DNA from: Lachnospiraceae bacterium
GTDB lineage: Bacteria; Bacillota; Clostridia; Lachnospirales; Lachnospiraceae
Reading direction: 5' to 3'
Assembly: GCA_024694965.1 (NCBI GenBank)
Contig: JAILJC010000180.1
Span: forward strand, 37,031 to 101,030
Length of the DNA stretch: 64,000 nucleotides
The notes under the pieces were generated by a model. The model was not told the origin of the DNA, did not search any database, and saw only the letters and a program-made list of their open reading frames with translations. Position 1 is the first letter of the stretch. Each line of letters begins with the position of its first letter. Shown here in pieces: positions 30,309 to 39,848 of the stretch. Position numbers and translations under genes: made by a program.

Positions 30309-30782
30309 ATGAGCGATATCAATGTACTTGAAGGAAAAGTGATAGCCAGGGAAGGAATGAAGGTAGGCATAGTCGCATCCCGTTTTAATGAGATAATAGT
30401 AAACAAGCTCCTTGGGGGTGCTGTCGACGGCCTGGTACGTCATGGTGTGGATGAGAAGAACATTACGGCCGCATGGGTACCGGGAGCTTTTGAAATACCT
30501 GTCATTGCCGATAAAATGGCTTCTTCGGGAAAATACGATGCCATCATCTGTGTGGGCGCTGTAATACGTGGCGATACAACTCATTATGATTATGTGTGCA
30601 ACGAGGTTTCGAAGGGTGTTGCTCAGGTTGGGCTCAAGGCGGGTATTCCCGTATTGTTTGGTGTGATAACTACAGAGAATATCGAGCAGGCAGTCGCACG
30701 CGCGGGAAGCAAGGGCGGAAACAAGGGTTATGACTGCGCGCTGTCGGCAATTGAGATGGTAAACCTCATGGACCGGATTTAA
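30309..30782 (+). CDS. ribH: 6,7-dimethyl-8-ribityllumazine synthase
   Basis: Full-length RibH pattern ([14 protein letters not shown]). Confidence 0.95.
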   Translation: MSDINVLEGKVIAREGMKVGIVASRFNEIIVNKLLGGAVDGLVRHGVDEKNITAAWVPGAFEIPVIADKMASSGKYDAIICVGAVIRGDTTHYDYVCNEVSKGVAQVGLKAGIPVLFGVITTENIEQAVARAGSKGGNKGYDCALSAIEMVNLMDRI

Positions 30783-30826
30783 ACGTGTTTCTTCCTATTA
30801 ATTATTTTATATGTTGTGAAATGCTT

Positions 30827-32569
30827 TCAGGCCTCTTCGATAAGAGTGAGGCCTTTTAATGTGGGGACTGCCACAAGGGAGTAGTTGGTGTAATATACAA
30901 CAAATCCCGGCTTGGCTCCCGCCGGCTTTTTGACTTCCTTTTTCATTACGTAGTCGATCTCTACCTTATCCTGATCCCGGCCTTTCGAATAGTATGCCGC
31001 AAGCGCTCCCGCTTCCTCAAAGGTTTTATCCGTGATATTACGGCCCTCGGTTTTAACAAGCACATGTGATCCTGGGATCTGTTTGGCATGGAACCACCAG
31101 TCGGATCCGTTTGCCAGTTTGAATGTAATGTAATCGTTCTGGTAATTATTCTTGCCTACGTATATATGAAAACCGTCTGAGCTTAAGTAATGTATGGGAC
31201 GGCTTTTCTGTTCCCTGGTCTTGCCGGGTCCTTTTTTACGGATATAACCCGATTCGGCAAGTTCGCGCCTGATGTCCGACAGATCGCTTTCGTTAAGTGC
31301 CGTGTCAAGAGACGCGGATATTGAAGCAAGATGTTCCATTTCGGCTTTGGTTTCGGCGGTCTGTGTAGTGAGAGCTTCCTCGGTGCGCTTTAATTTACCA
31401 TACCGGTCAAAATACTTTTTGGAATTTTCGGCGGCGGTAAGGGTAGGATCGAGAGGGATCGTTATCTTTTCACCGGTATAATAGTTGTCGGCCTCAAAGG
31501 ATTTGGTACCCGGTTCAAGTCCGTAACCGTAGGTATTGATAAGCTCGCCGTAAATCCTGTACCTGTCTTTTTTCTGTGTGTCCTTAAGCTGCTTAAGCTG
31601 AAGGTCATATTTTTTTGAACAGCGTTCGATAAGAGTAGAAACGATCCGGCGCAGGTCGGATGACTTCTGTTTTATACGCGTATGCGTATTGCGTCTGGCA
31701 TAATAGCTTTCCAGTATGAAGGACATTGATGTATTTTCTTCCAAAACAGAATTTTCAAAACGTGTAAGAGGCAGTGCGCAAAACTCGACGGGAGTGCCTT
31801 TTTCAAGTGCCATATTTGGCTTAAAATCGCCGTTTGTCACGTTTTTCATTATGCCTTCAAAAGTGTCGAAAAGGAGCTTGATATCAGCATCCGAATATGC
31901 GGATACAGGCATGGAAGAATCAAGATCACAGCGAAAAAGCAGTTCCTCAGCCATGAGAGGAGAGAAGCCGGTGAGCGTTTTTAAAATCGCTTCAGAGGCC
32001 GGCATGGGTTTCGATTTTAAAAGATCGGTGAATCTGTCTTTGGATATCGTCAACGGATCTTCCTTACCCAATGTGTTCGGGATGAAGTATTCACGCCCCG
32101 GAAGTACCTCGCGGACCGAGCTTACTGCTGCCGGGATATGTTTGATACTGTCTATGATCATCCCTTTATCATTAAGAAAGATGATATTGCTGTGTTTTCC
32201 CATAAGCTCGACAACCAGAGTTTTACGGCACATATCGCCCATTTCGTCAAGATGATCTATGTCAAACATAAGGATGCGTTCAAGGGAAGGCTGGCGGATC
32301 GAGGTTATCCTTCCGTTCTGTATATGCTTCCTTAAAAGCATGCAAAAGCCGGGGGCTGACGCGGGTGCCTGTTTGTTTGAGTCGGTGAGGTAAATAAACG
32401 GAAGTGATGCACCGGCACTGATAAGCAGGCGGAGCTGGCCGGAGGAGGTTTTAAGAGTGAAAAGAAGCTCATCGGGCTCCGGCTGAGATATCTTATTTAT
32501 CCTTGAATTTAATATTTTTTCATTGAGTTCATGCCTGATAGCGGCTATGGTAAAACCGTCAAGTGCCAT
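30827..32569 (-). CDS. rqcH: NFACT-family ribosome quality control protein (RqcH / fibronectin-binding protein A-like)
   Basis: N-terminal NFACT-N (MALDGFTI...), central coiled coil, C-terminal NFACT-R/DUF814 pattern (GFHIYVGKNNYQND...WFHAKQIPGSHV). Confidence 0.85.
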   Translation of the reverse strand: MALDGFTIAAIRHELNEKILNSRINKISQPEPDELLFTLKTSSGQLRLLISAGASLPFIYLTDSNKQAPASAPGFCMLLRKHIQNGRITSIRQPSLERILMFDIDHLDEMGDMCRKTLVVELMGKHSNIIFLNDKGMIIDSIKHIPAAVSSVREVLPGREYFIPNTLGKEDPLTISKDRFTDLLKSKPMPASEAILKTLTGFSPLMAEELLFRCDLDSSMPVSAYSDADIKLLFDTFEGIMKNVTNGDFKPNMALEKGTPVEFCALPLTRFENSVLEENTSMSFILESYYARRNTHTRIKQKSSDLRRIVSTLIERCSKKYDLQLKQLKDTQKKDRYRIYGELINTYGYGLEPGTKSFEADNYYTGEKITIPLDPTLTAAENSKKYFDRYGKLKRTEEALTTQTAETKAEMEHLASISASLDTALNESDLSDIRRELAESGYIRKKGPGKTREQKSRPIHYLSSDGFHIYVGKNNYQNDYITFKLANGSDWWFHAKQIPGSHVLVKTEGRNITDKTFEEAGALAAYYSKGRDQDKVEIDYVMKKEVKKPAGAKPGFVVYYTNYSLVAVPTLKGLTLIEEA

Positions 32570-32674
32570 TTTTAAATCCTCTTCAAATGCAGTTTTTTAC
32601 ATGATAAATCGATACATGACGGGTGTCAAATTTTCAAATAATTTATGAAAACGTGAAAAATTCAAAAAATTCAC

Positions 32675-32703
32675 TTTACATAAAACTTGAAAAGCGTTAT
32701 AAT
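32675..32703 (+). promoter_or_regulatory. Sigma-A type promoter candidate for the repeat-protein gene
   Basis: TTTACA, an exact 17-nt spacer, then TATAAT. Lies about 80 nt upstream of ATG 32783. Confidence 0.45.
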
Positions 32704-32782
32704 GTACGAAGTAATGTGCGTTTTAACGCAACATTATGCAAACAAATTCAGATTATTTCTTATTTTGGAAGGAGAAACGGAC

Positions 32783-33904
32783 ATGAAGAAAATGGAGATT
32801 ATGAGGAAGTTAGGTAAGGTTATGACAGGTATTGGAGCTATAGCGCTCGCAGGAATGTTTTTTGTAGTTCCCGTTAAGGCGGATGCGATTTCGGACGGAA
32901 TGGCCGATTACGCAAAGGGCCTTGCTTATCTTCAGCAGATCAAGGCAAATACGGAAGCGGCAGCAGCAGCTCAGGATGCAGCAGCGGCAGCAGATATTGC
33001 AAGGGGTCAGGCTTATCTTGATTCCATTTATGCAAGTACGGCGGCAGCAGCGGCAGCAAGGGATGCACAGGCGCTTGACGGACTTGTAAAGGGTCAGGCA
33101 TATCTCCAGTCAATAGATGAAGCAACAGCTAAGGCAGCAGCAGCAAGGGATGCAAAGGCACTTGACGGACTTGTAAAGGGCCAGGCATACCTCCAGTCAA
33201 TAAATGAAGCAACAGCTAAGGCAGCAGCGGCAAGGGATGCACAGGCACTTGACGGACTTACAAAGGGTGCAGCTTACCTTCAGTCGATTAATGCGGCAAC
33301 AGCTAAGGCAGCAGCAGCAAGGGATGCAGAGATCGTTAAGTCGGCTGAGAGAGAGATCGCTTATCTCCAGTCTGTAAATCCTGCACTTATTCCGCCTACA
33401 GTTGCAAGCCTTGAGAAGGAGTTTGCATGGCTTAACAGCATCAACGAGTCAACTGTTAAGGCATGGACCGCAAGGGATGCTCAGGCAGCAGCCGGTGGTG
33501 CAGCAGGTCTTGCATATCTTAACAGCATCAATGCTTCGACCGTAGCAGCATGGACGGCAAGGGATGCTCAGGCAGCAGCCGGCGGTGCAGCAGGTCTTGC
33601 ATACCTCAACAGCATCAATGCTTCGACCGTAGCAGCATGGACGGCAAGGGATGCACAGGCGATCGCAAGCGGTCAGGCAGGACTTGCATACCTTAACGGT
33701 ATCAATGCTGCAACCGTAGCAGCATGGAACGCAAGGAATGCTCAGGCAGCAGCCGGTGGAGCAGCAGGAATGGCTTACTTAAACGGTATCAACGTTGCAA
33801 CAGTGGCAGGACAGCAGTACATTAAGGCTCAGGCACTAAGCGGAGCAGCAAGGGGGCTTGCTTACCTCCACTCGATACATGTAGCGAACGGACTCGCTGC
33901 ATAA
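32783..33904 (+). CDS. Secreted Ala-rich protein built of twelve 29-aa repeats (unknown family)
   Basis: RBS GGAAGGAG then ATG 32783. Signal peptide ...FFVVPVKADA. Twelve repeats centred on G-x-A-Y-L-x-S-I. No anchor motif. Confidence 0.7.
   Translation: MKKMEIMRKLGKVMTGIGAIALAGMFFVVPVKADAISDGMADYAKGLAYLQQIKANTEAAAAAQDAAAAADIARGQAYLDSIYASTAAAAAARDAQALDGLVKGQAYLQSIDEATAKAAAARDAKALDGLVKGQAYLQSINEATAKAAAARDAQALDGLTKGAAYLQSINAATAKAAAARDAEIVKSAEREIAYLQSVNPALIPPTVASLEKEFAWLNSINESTVKAWTARDAQAAAGGAAGLAYLNSINASTVAAWTARDAQAAAGGAAGLAYLNSINASTVAAWTARDAQAIASGQAGLAYLNGINAATVAAWNARNAQAAAGGAAGMAYLNGINVATVAGQQYIKAQALSGAARGLAYLHSIHVANGLAA
33479..33652 (+). repeat. Two near-identical 87-bp tandem copies inside the repeat-protein gene
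   Basis: gctcaggcagcagccgg[t/c]ggtgcagcaggtcttgcata... appears twice with only a few substitutions. Confidence 0.85.
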
Positions 33905-33944
33905 GCAAACACTTTCCGATTTCTCCAAAATAAGATGAATTTTA

Positions 33945-33972
33945 CAGGGAAGCTCAGGCTTCCCTGTTTTTT
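33945..33972 (+). terminator. Rho-independent terminator
   Basis: CAGGGAAGC-tcag-GCTTCCCTG followed by TTTTTT. Confidence 0.8.
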
Positions 33973-34000
33973 GCGTAAAGCACTTAATGAGGTTAAATAC

Positions 34001-34029
34001 TTGATTTTAATAATTCCTTAGAATATAAT
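34001..34029 (+). promoter_or_regulatory. Sigma-A type promoter candidate for the yicC-gmk-rpoZ operon
   Basis: TTGATT, a 17-nt spacer, then TATAAT. Lies about 40 nt upstream of the yicC start. Confidence 0.45.
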
Positions 34030-34069
34030 GTTTTATGGTGCGTGAATTCCGTTTTAAAGGAGAACTGCA

Positions 34070-34948
34070 GTGATCAAAAGCATGACAGGCTTCGGACGCG
34101 CGGAGCATTGCGATGAGAAACGTAAGATAACCGTAGAGATCAAGTCGGTCAATCACAGATATCTGGATGTCAATATCAAGATGCCAAAGAAGCTTGGCTT
34201 CTTCGAGTCTTCTATCAGGAACCTTCTTAAGGAATATATGCAGAGGGGTAAGGTAGACCTGTATATCACATATGAGGATTACGCCGAAGATAATTACAGC
34301 CTAAAATATAATAAGGATATAGCAAGGACTTATCTTAAATATCTGAATGAGATGGGAAATGACTTTGGACTCGAAAATGATGTTCGGATTTCCGTATTAT
34401 CAAGATACCCTGAGGTGTTTGCGCTTGAGGAGATGGATATCGATGAGGAAGAACTCTGGAATGATATGGAGAAGACCATCCGAAGCGCAGCCGAGGCATT
34501 TGTAAAGTCCAGGCTGGATGAAGGTGAAAACTTAAAGGCCGATCTTATTAAAAAACTGAACGGCATGCTTGTATATGTTGAGGATATTGAAAAGCGTGCG
34601 CCGGCGATCATTGAAGAGTATCGAAATAAGATAACGGAAAAGGTAAAGGATATGCTTGGCGACGCATCGATTGACGAGAGCAGGATACTTACCGAGGTAA
34701 CACTGTATGCAGACAGGTCATGTGTGGACGAGGAACTCGTAAGGCTCAGGAGTCATATAAAGGGTACTGTCGATACACTTAATGCCGGCGGGAGCGTTGG
34801 CCGAAAGCTTGACTTTATAGCACAGGAAATGAACCGTGAGGCAAATACGATTCTCAGTAAGTCGACCGATCTGTCAACTTCAAATGTTGCGATAGATCTT
34901 AAAACCGACATTGAGAAAGTCCGTGAGCAGATACAAAATATTGAATAG
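34070..34948 (+). CDS. yicC: YicC-family stress-induced protein
   Basis: Starts (M)IKSMTGFGR and ends ...REQIQNIE. GTG start after AAAGGAGA. Confidence 0.85.
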   Translation: MIKSMTGFGRAEHCDEKRKITVEIKSVNHRYLDVNIKMPKKLGFFESSIRNLLKEYMQRGKVDLYITYEDYAEDNYSLKYNKDIARTYLKYLNEMGNDFGLENDVRISVLSRYPEVFALEEMDIDEEELWNDMEKTIRSAAEAFVKSRLDEGENLKADLIKKLNGMLVYVEDIEKRAPAIIEEYRNKITEKVKDMLGDASIDESRILTEVTLYADRSCVDEELVRLRSHIKGTVDTLNAGGSVGRKLDFIAQEMNREANTILSKSTDLSTSNVAIDLKTDIEKVREQIQNIE

Positions 34949-34972
34949 TAAAATACGGATCACAGGTGATGT

Positions 34973-35605
34973 ATGAATAAAGGAATACTGTTTATTATTT
35001 CAGGCTTTGCCGGTTCGGGTAAGGGAACAATAGTTAAGGAACTCCTTAAACGATACGATAATTATGCTTTGTCGGTATCGGCGACGACAAGGGCTCCGCG
35101 CCCGGGTGAAGAGCACGGACGGGATTATTTTTTTGTTTCCCATGAAGAATTTGAAAAGATGATAGATTCCGGAGGGCTTCTTGAATATGCCGAGTATGTC
35201 GGGAATTATTACGGTACTCCGTGTCAGTATGTGGACGAGAAGCTTTCGGAAGGAAAGGATGTCATACTTGAGATAGAGCAGCAGGGTGCGCTCCAGATAA
35301 AACGCAAACGTCCGGATGCGCTTCTTATGTTCGTGATGCCGCCTTCCGTACAGGAAGTTTATAACAGGCTTAAGAAGAGAGGCACGGAAACAGAAGAAGT
35401 GATCTTAAAGCGCATGCGGCAGGGCGCCAAGGAAGCCGAAGTTATTGATGAATATGATTTTCTTATAATAAATGACGAACTTGATAAATGCGTTGCCGAT
35501 GTTCATAACACGATAATGTGTGCCAGAATGGCCACAATAAGAAATCGTGGATTGATAGATGAAGTAAAGGTTGGATTTAAAGAATTTTTAAAGGATAAGG
35601 ATTAG
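34973..35605 (+). CDS. gmk: Guanylate kinase
   Basis: P-loop SGFAGSGKGT and the Gmk pattern SATTRAPRPGE..G.DYFF. Confidence 0.95.
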   Translation: MNKGILFIISGFAGSGKGTIVKELLKRYDNYALSVSATTRAPRPGEEHGRDYFFVSHEEFEKMIDSGGLLEYAEYVGNYYGTPCQYVDEKLSEGKDVILEIEQQGALQIKRKRPDALLMFVMPPSVQEVYNRLKKRGTETEEVILKRMRQGAKEAEVIDEYDFLIINDELDKCVADVHNTIMCARMATIRNRGLIDEVKVGFKEFLKDKD

Positions 35606-35616
35606 GAGGAATCAAA

Positions 35617-35847
35617 ATGTTACATCCGTCATACAGTGATCTGATGAAGGTGGTAAACAGCGAGGTAGAGGAGGGTGAGCAGCCGGTAGTAAACAGCCGC
35701 TACTCGATAGTAATGGCTACGAGCAAGCGCGCAAGGCAGCTTATCAACGATGCTCCGACACCGGTAGAGGGTGCGGCTGATAAAAAGCCGCTGTCTGTTG
35801 CGATCGAGGAACTTAATTCCGGCGTAGTTAAGATCGTCGGAGAATAG
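35617..35847 (+). CDS. rpoZ: DNA-directed RNA polymerase omega subunit
   Basis: 76 aa, pattern NSRYSIVMATSKRARQL, downstream of gmk. Confidence 0.88.
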   Translation: MLHPSYSDLMKVVNSEVEEGEQPVVNSRYSIVMATSKRARQLINDAPTPVEGAADKKPLSVAIEELNSGVVKIVGE

Positions 35848-35852
35848 GCTTT

Positions 35853-37193
35853 ATGAACGTATTGTTTGTTTCGCTTGGCTGCGATAAGAATCTTGTGGAT
35901 TCCGAGCGCATGCTTGGGATCCTTAAGGATAAAGGATATGAGTTCACGGACGAGGCCGAAGATGCGGATGTCATCGTCGTGAATTCGTGTTGCTTTATCG
36001 GCGACGCCAAGGAGGAGAGCATCAATACAATTTTGGAACTCGGGGCTTACAGGATCGATCCCGGGGAAAGGTGCAAGGCACTTATCGTTACCGGATGTCT
36101 GGCACAGAGATATGCGGATGAGATACGAAGTGAGATCCCTGAGGTCGATGCCGTTATAGGAACCACTGCCTATGATTCTATTGCAGAAGTCCTTGAAAAG
36201 GTACTTGGCGGCGAATATGTAAGGGATATTAAGGATATCGACCGAGTGATAGAACCAAAGACCGACCGGATCATTACGACCGGCGGTTATTATTCATATC
36301 TGAAGATCGCAGAGGGCTGCGATAAACACTGCACTTACTGTATCATTCCCGGGCTCAGGGGACATTATCGTTCCGTTCCGACCGGTGAACTTGTCAAAGA
36401 AGCCCGTATGCTCGTGTCAAACGGCGTAAAAGAGCTTATACTTGTTGCACAGGAAATCACGCTTTACGGCAGCGATCTGTACGGCGAGAAACGTCTTCCG
36501 GATCTGTTAAGGGAACTCTGTGCTATCGAAGGTCTTGAATGGATAAGGCTTCTTTATTGTTATCCCGAGGAAATTACGGATGAACTCATACAGGTAATAA
36601 AGGATGAGCCCAAGGTATGTCATTATCTGGATATGCCCATCCAGCATGCATCAGATGACGTGCTTAAGCGAATGGGCCGAAAGACGGACAGCAGGGCAAT
36701 AAGGGCGGTAATAGAAAAGCTGAGGCGGGAAATACCGGATATAGCGATACGTACAACACTTATTTCCGGATTTCCGGGAGAGAGCCTTAAGGATCATGAG
36801 ATACTTAAGGATTTTGTCAGGGAGATCGGGTTTGAAAGGCTTGGGGTTTTTGAGTATTCGCCCGAGGAAGGAACTCCGGCGGCCGGTATGGAAGGCCAGA
36901 TAGATGATGATATTAAGGCATCAAGGCGCGGCGAGATAATGGAACTTCAGCAGCAGCTGGCCTATGAGAAGGCAAAGTCAATGACGGGGCGCAGGATGGA
37001 TGTACTTATAGAGGGGCGCCTTGTCGAGGAGGACGTATATACAGGGCGCACATATATGGACGCCCCGGATGTCGACGGAATGGTATTTGTAAAGTCGGAC
37101 AGGGAACTATTAAGCGGCGATATAGTAAGTGTATATATAACGGGAGCCGATAATTATGATCTGATTGGAGAGTTGGATGATGAACCTGCCTAA
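35853..37193 (+). CDS. rimO: Ribosomal protein S12 methylthiotransferase
   Basis: UPF0004 N-domain cysteines, radical-SAM CDKHCTYC, and a C-terminal TRAM domain. Confidence 0.9.
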   Translation: MNVLFVSLGCDKNLVDSERMLGILKDKGYEFTDEAEDADVIVVNSCCFIGDAKEESINTILELGAYRIDPGERCKALIVTGCLAQRYADEIRSEIPEVDAVIGTTAYDSIAEVLEKVLGGEYVRDIKDIDRVIEPKTDRIITTGGYYSYLKIAEGCDKHCTYCIIPGLRGHYRSVPTGELVKEARMLVSNGVKELILVAQEITLYGSDLYGEKRLPDLLRELCAIEGLEWIRLLYCYPEEITDELIQVIKDEPKVCHYLDMPIQHASDDVLKRMGRKTDSRAIRAVIEKLRREIPDIAIRTTLISGFPGESLKDHEILKDFVREIGFERLGVFEYSPEEGTPAAGMEGQIDDDIKASRRGEIMELQQQLAYEKAKSMTGRRMDVLIEGRLVEEDVYTGRTYMDAPDVDGMVFVKSDRELLSGDIVSVYITGADNYDLIGELDDEPA

Positions 37194-37779
37194 CAAGCTG
37201 ACGGTATTAAGGGTACTTATGATCCCTTTCTTTGTATTTTTCATGCTAAAGGACGTTCCCGAGGGGTACGGGAAGTGGATCGCTCTTGCGATATTTGTGG
37301 CTGCAAGCCTTACCGATATGCTGGACGGAAAGATTGCAAGGAAGTATAATCTTGTTACAAATTTCGGTAAATTCATGGATCCTCTTGCGGATAAGCTCCT
37401 GGTCTGCTCGGCACTCATCTGTCTTGTTGCAAACGGAAAGCTGGCCGCATGGATGGTCATCATTATCATCAGCCGCGAATTCATTATAAGCGGTTTTAGG
37501 CTGATCGCATCCGATAACGGTGTGGTGATAGCCGCAAGTTATCTCGGAAAGTTTAAGACAGTGTTCCAGATGGCAATGATCATCATGCTCATAGCGGATA
37601 TTAAAAATGACATTTATGCGATAATCACCGGTACGGTCATAGCCATCGCGCTGGTACTTACGGTATTATCGCTTATCGACTACATATATAAGAACAGGAA
37701 AGTCATGAGCAGTATGCCGGCAGGAGCTGCCGCTGCGAAAGAAACGGAAGGTGTTACAGATGTCAAAGAACAAGGATAA
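37180..37779 (+). CDS. pgsA: CDP-diacylglycerol--glycerol-3-phosphate 3-phosphatidyltransferase
   Basis: Starts MNLPNKLTVLR. CDP-alcohol phosphatidyltransferase motif DMLDGKIAR...DPLADK. Overlaps the end of rimO. Confidence 0.9.
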   Translation: MNLPNKLTVLRVLMIPFFVFFMLKDVPEGYGKWIALAIFVAASLTDMLDGKIARKYNLVTNFGKFMDPLADKLLVCSALICLVANGKLAAWMVIIIISREFIISGFRLIASDNGVVIAASYLGKFKTVFQMAMIIMLIADIKNDIYAIITGTVIAIALVLTVLSLIDYIYKNRKVMSSMPAGAAAAKETEGVTDVKEQG

Positions 37780-38608
37780 AAAGGAAGAATCATTAAAGGC
37801 TGCGGAAGCCGGGACTGCCGGGATAAGTGAAAATGCCGGGGATTTGACAGATCAATCCGTGCCTTCGGATGACGGGCATTTTATTAAATATTTCAAGATA
37901 TGCGGACTCAGCGAGGCAGAGGTACGTGACCGGATAAAAGATATTGCCGGCTCTGTCAATCCCAGGCTGAGCATAGAGACGATCCCCGGGGAAGTGCACA
38001 TTACTCTCGAGGCATCTCCCGACGATGAAAATTCGGCAAAGAAGACCGGAAAACCTATGGTAAAGGAGTTAAAGAACCGTTTCGGACTGAACATATACGC
38101 AACCGACAAGGATACGACTCTGGAGCAGGCAGTCGTTGAGCTGCTTAGAACGAATGCGCTCTTTCTTTCAACCTGCGAATCATGTACCGGTGGTATGGTC
38201 GCATCAAGGATAATCGACGTTCCCGGTGCTTCCGATGTATTTAAGGAAGGATTTGTTACATATTCAAATAAGGCGAAGCGATCAAGGCTCGGGGTAAAGA
38301 AGAGCACTCTTTTAAAGTACGGAGCAGTCAGTGAACAGACGGCTAAGGAAATGGTAAAAGGCTGCGCATCGGCAGCAAAGGCAAACGTGACACTTTCGAC
38401 AACGGGTATCGCGGGTCCCGACGGCGGGAGCGAGGATAAGCCCGTGGGTCTTGTTTATATAGGATGCAGCGTGTGCGGCAAGACCAAGGTCGTCAAATAT
38501 AATTTCAAGGGTGACAGGGCCCTTATACGCTGTCAGGCAACGTCTGCGGCACTGGCACTTCTCAGAATGTGCGTTCTGGAGTATTACAGCGAGAAGAATT
38601 TCTCGTGA
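37760..38608 (+). CDS. cinA: CinA-family protein without the N-terminal MoCF domain (PncC-type nicotinamide-nucleotide amidohydrolase)
   Basis: C-terminal CinA/PncC pattern: ESCTGG, TTGIAGPDGG, PVGLVYIG. Start at ATG 37760 after GGAAGGTG. Confidence 0.78.
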   Translation: MSKNKDKKEESLKAAEAGTAGISENAGDLTDQSVPSDDGHFIKYFKICGLSEAEVRDRIKDIAGSVNPRLSIETIPGEVHITLEASPDDENSAKKTGKPMVKELKNRFGLNIYATDKDTTLEQAVVELLRTNALFLSTCESCTGGMVASRIIDVPGASDVFKEGFVTYSNKAKRSRLGVKKSTLLKYGAVSEQTAKEMVKGCASAAKANVTLSTTGIAGPDGGSEDKPVGLVYIGCSVCGKTKVVKYNFKGDRALIRCQATSAALALLRMCVLEYYSEKNFS

Positions 38609-38684
38609 TCCAATCCCATTAAATCGACGTTAAGATCGGCAGAAATGAAAAGGCCGGTATTTTATAAATATTTTCAAAAACCGC

Positions 38685-38713
38685 TTGACAAAACCGAACG
38701 GGTGTTTTATATT
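38685..38713 (+). promoter_or_regulatory. recA sigma-A promoter candidate
   Basis: TTGACA (38685-38690), a 17-nt spacer, then TATATT (38708-38713). Confidence 0.6.
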
Positions 38714-38724
38714 ATCACTTGTAA

Positions 38725-38738
38725 CGAACAGATGTTCA
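38725..38738. promoter_or_regulatory. LexA operator (Cheo/SOS box) of recA
   Basis: CGAACAGATGTTCA matches the Gram-positive SOS box core GAAC-N4-GTTC. It sits just downstream of the -10. A GTTCG half-site follows at about 38747-38751. Confidence 0.75.
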
Positions 38739-38810
38739 AAATATTTGTTCGATACGGGTCAGTGTCGTGTACCCCGGAGGGGAGTCTGCGGGAGTGTAAA
38801 GGAGAACATA

Positions 38811-39848
38811 ATGGAAAGAGAAGAAAAACTTAAAGCATTGGAAGTTGCATTGTCAAAGATAGAGAAGGAATACGGTAAGGGATCCGTTATGAAGCTTGGG
38901 GACACCTCAAACCATATGAATGTGGAAACAATACCTACCGGTTCGCTGAGCCTTGATATCGCGTTGGGACTTGGGGGTATTCCGAAGGGAAGGATAATCG
39001 AGATCTACGGTCCCGAATCATCAGGTAAGACCACGGTTACTCTTCATATGATAGCCGAGGTACAAAAGCGAGGCGGTATAGCAGGCTTTATCGATGCCGA
39101 ACATGCACTTGATCCCGTATATGCGAAGAATATCGGTGTGGATATCGATAATCTTTATATATCACAGCCGGACAACGGTGAGCAGGCCCTTGAGATAACA
39201 GAGACGATGGTAAGGTCCGGAGCGGTTGACATAATAGTTGTCGATTCGGTTGCCGCACTTGTACCCAAGGCTGAGATCGACGGTGATATGGGCGATTCTC
39301 ATGTGGGTCTGCAGGCTCGTCTTATGTCCCAGGCTCTCCGTAAGTTGACTGCCGTTATATCGAAGTCCAACTGTACGGTAGTTTTCATTAACCAGCTCCG
39401 TGAGAAGGTCGGCATCATGTTCGGTAATCCCGAGACCACCACAGGCGGACGCGCACTTAAGTTCTATTCGTCCGTACGTCTGGATGTAAGGCGCATTGAG
39501 GCTCTTAAGCAGGGTGGTGAGGTTATCGGAAACCGTACACGTGTCAAGGTTGTAAAGAACAAGATAGCTCCTCCCTTTAAGGAGGCTGAGTTTGATATCA
39601 TGTTCGGTAAGGGAATTTCAATGATAGGAGATATCATCGATCTTGCAGCAAATATCGATGTGATCGTCAAGTCCGGTGCATGGTATTCCTACAACGGCCA
39701 GAAGATAGGCCAGGGACGCGAAAATACGAAACTTTACTTTGAGCAGAATCCGGAACTTCTTAAGGAGATCGAAAATAAGGTACGTGAGCATTACGGGTTA
39801 AACGGTTCGGGAGAAGCCGATAAGGATAGTGCGGATAAAGACGAGTAA
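38811..39848 (+). CDS. recA: Recombinase RecA
   Basis: Walker [10 protein letters not shown] and full RecA collinearity. Start at ATG 38811 after AAAGGAGA; the longer tracked ORF is upstream read-through. Confidence 0.97.
   Translation: MEREEKLKALEVALSKIEKEYGKGSVMKLGDTSNHMNVETIPTGSLSLDIALGLGGIPKGRIIEIYGPESSGKTTVTLHMIAEVQKRGGIAGFIDAEHALDPVYAKNIGVDIDNLYISQPDNGEQALEITETMVRSGAVDIIVVDSVAALVPKAEIDGDMGDSHVGLQARLMSQALRKLTAVISKSNCTVVFINQLREKVGIMFGNPETTTGGRALKFYSSVRLDVRRIEALKQGGEVIGNRTRVKVVKNKIAPPFKEAEFDIMFGKGISMIGDIIDLAANIDVIVKSGAWYSYNGQKIGQGRENTKLYFEQNPELLKEIENKVREHYGLNGSGEADKDSADKDE

Noticed and set aside
38645-38810. 62-aa ORF and the 42-codon N-terminal extension of the tracked recA ORF
   Set aside because: This region holds the recA promoter, SOS box and RBS. 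The canonical RecA N-terminus begins at ATG 38811.
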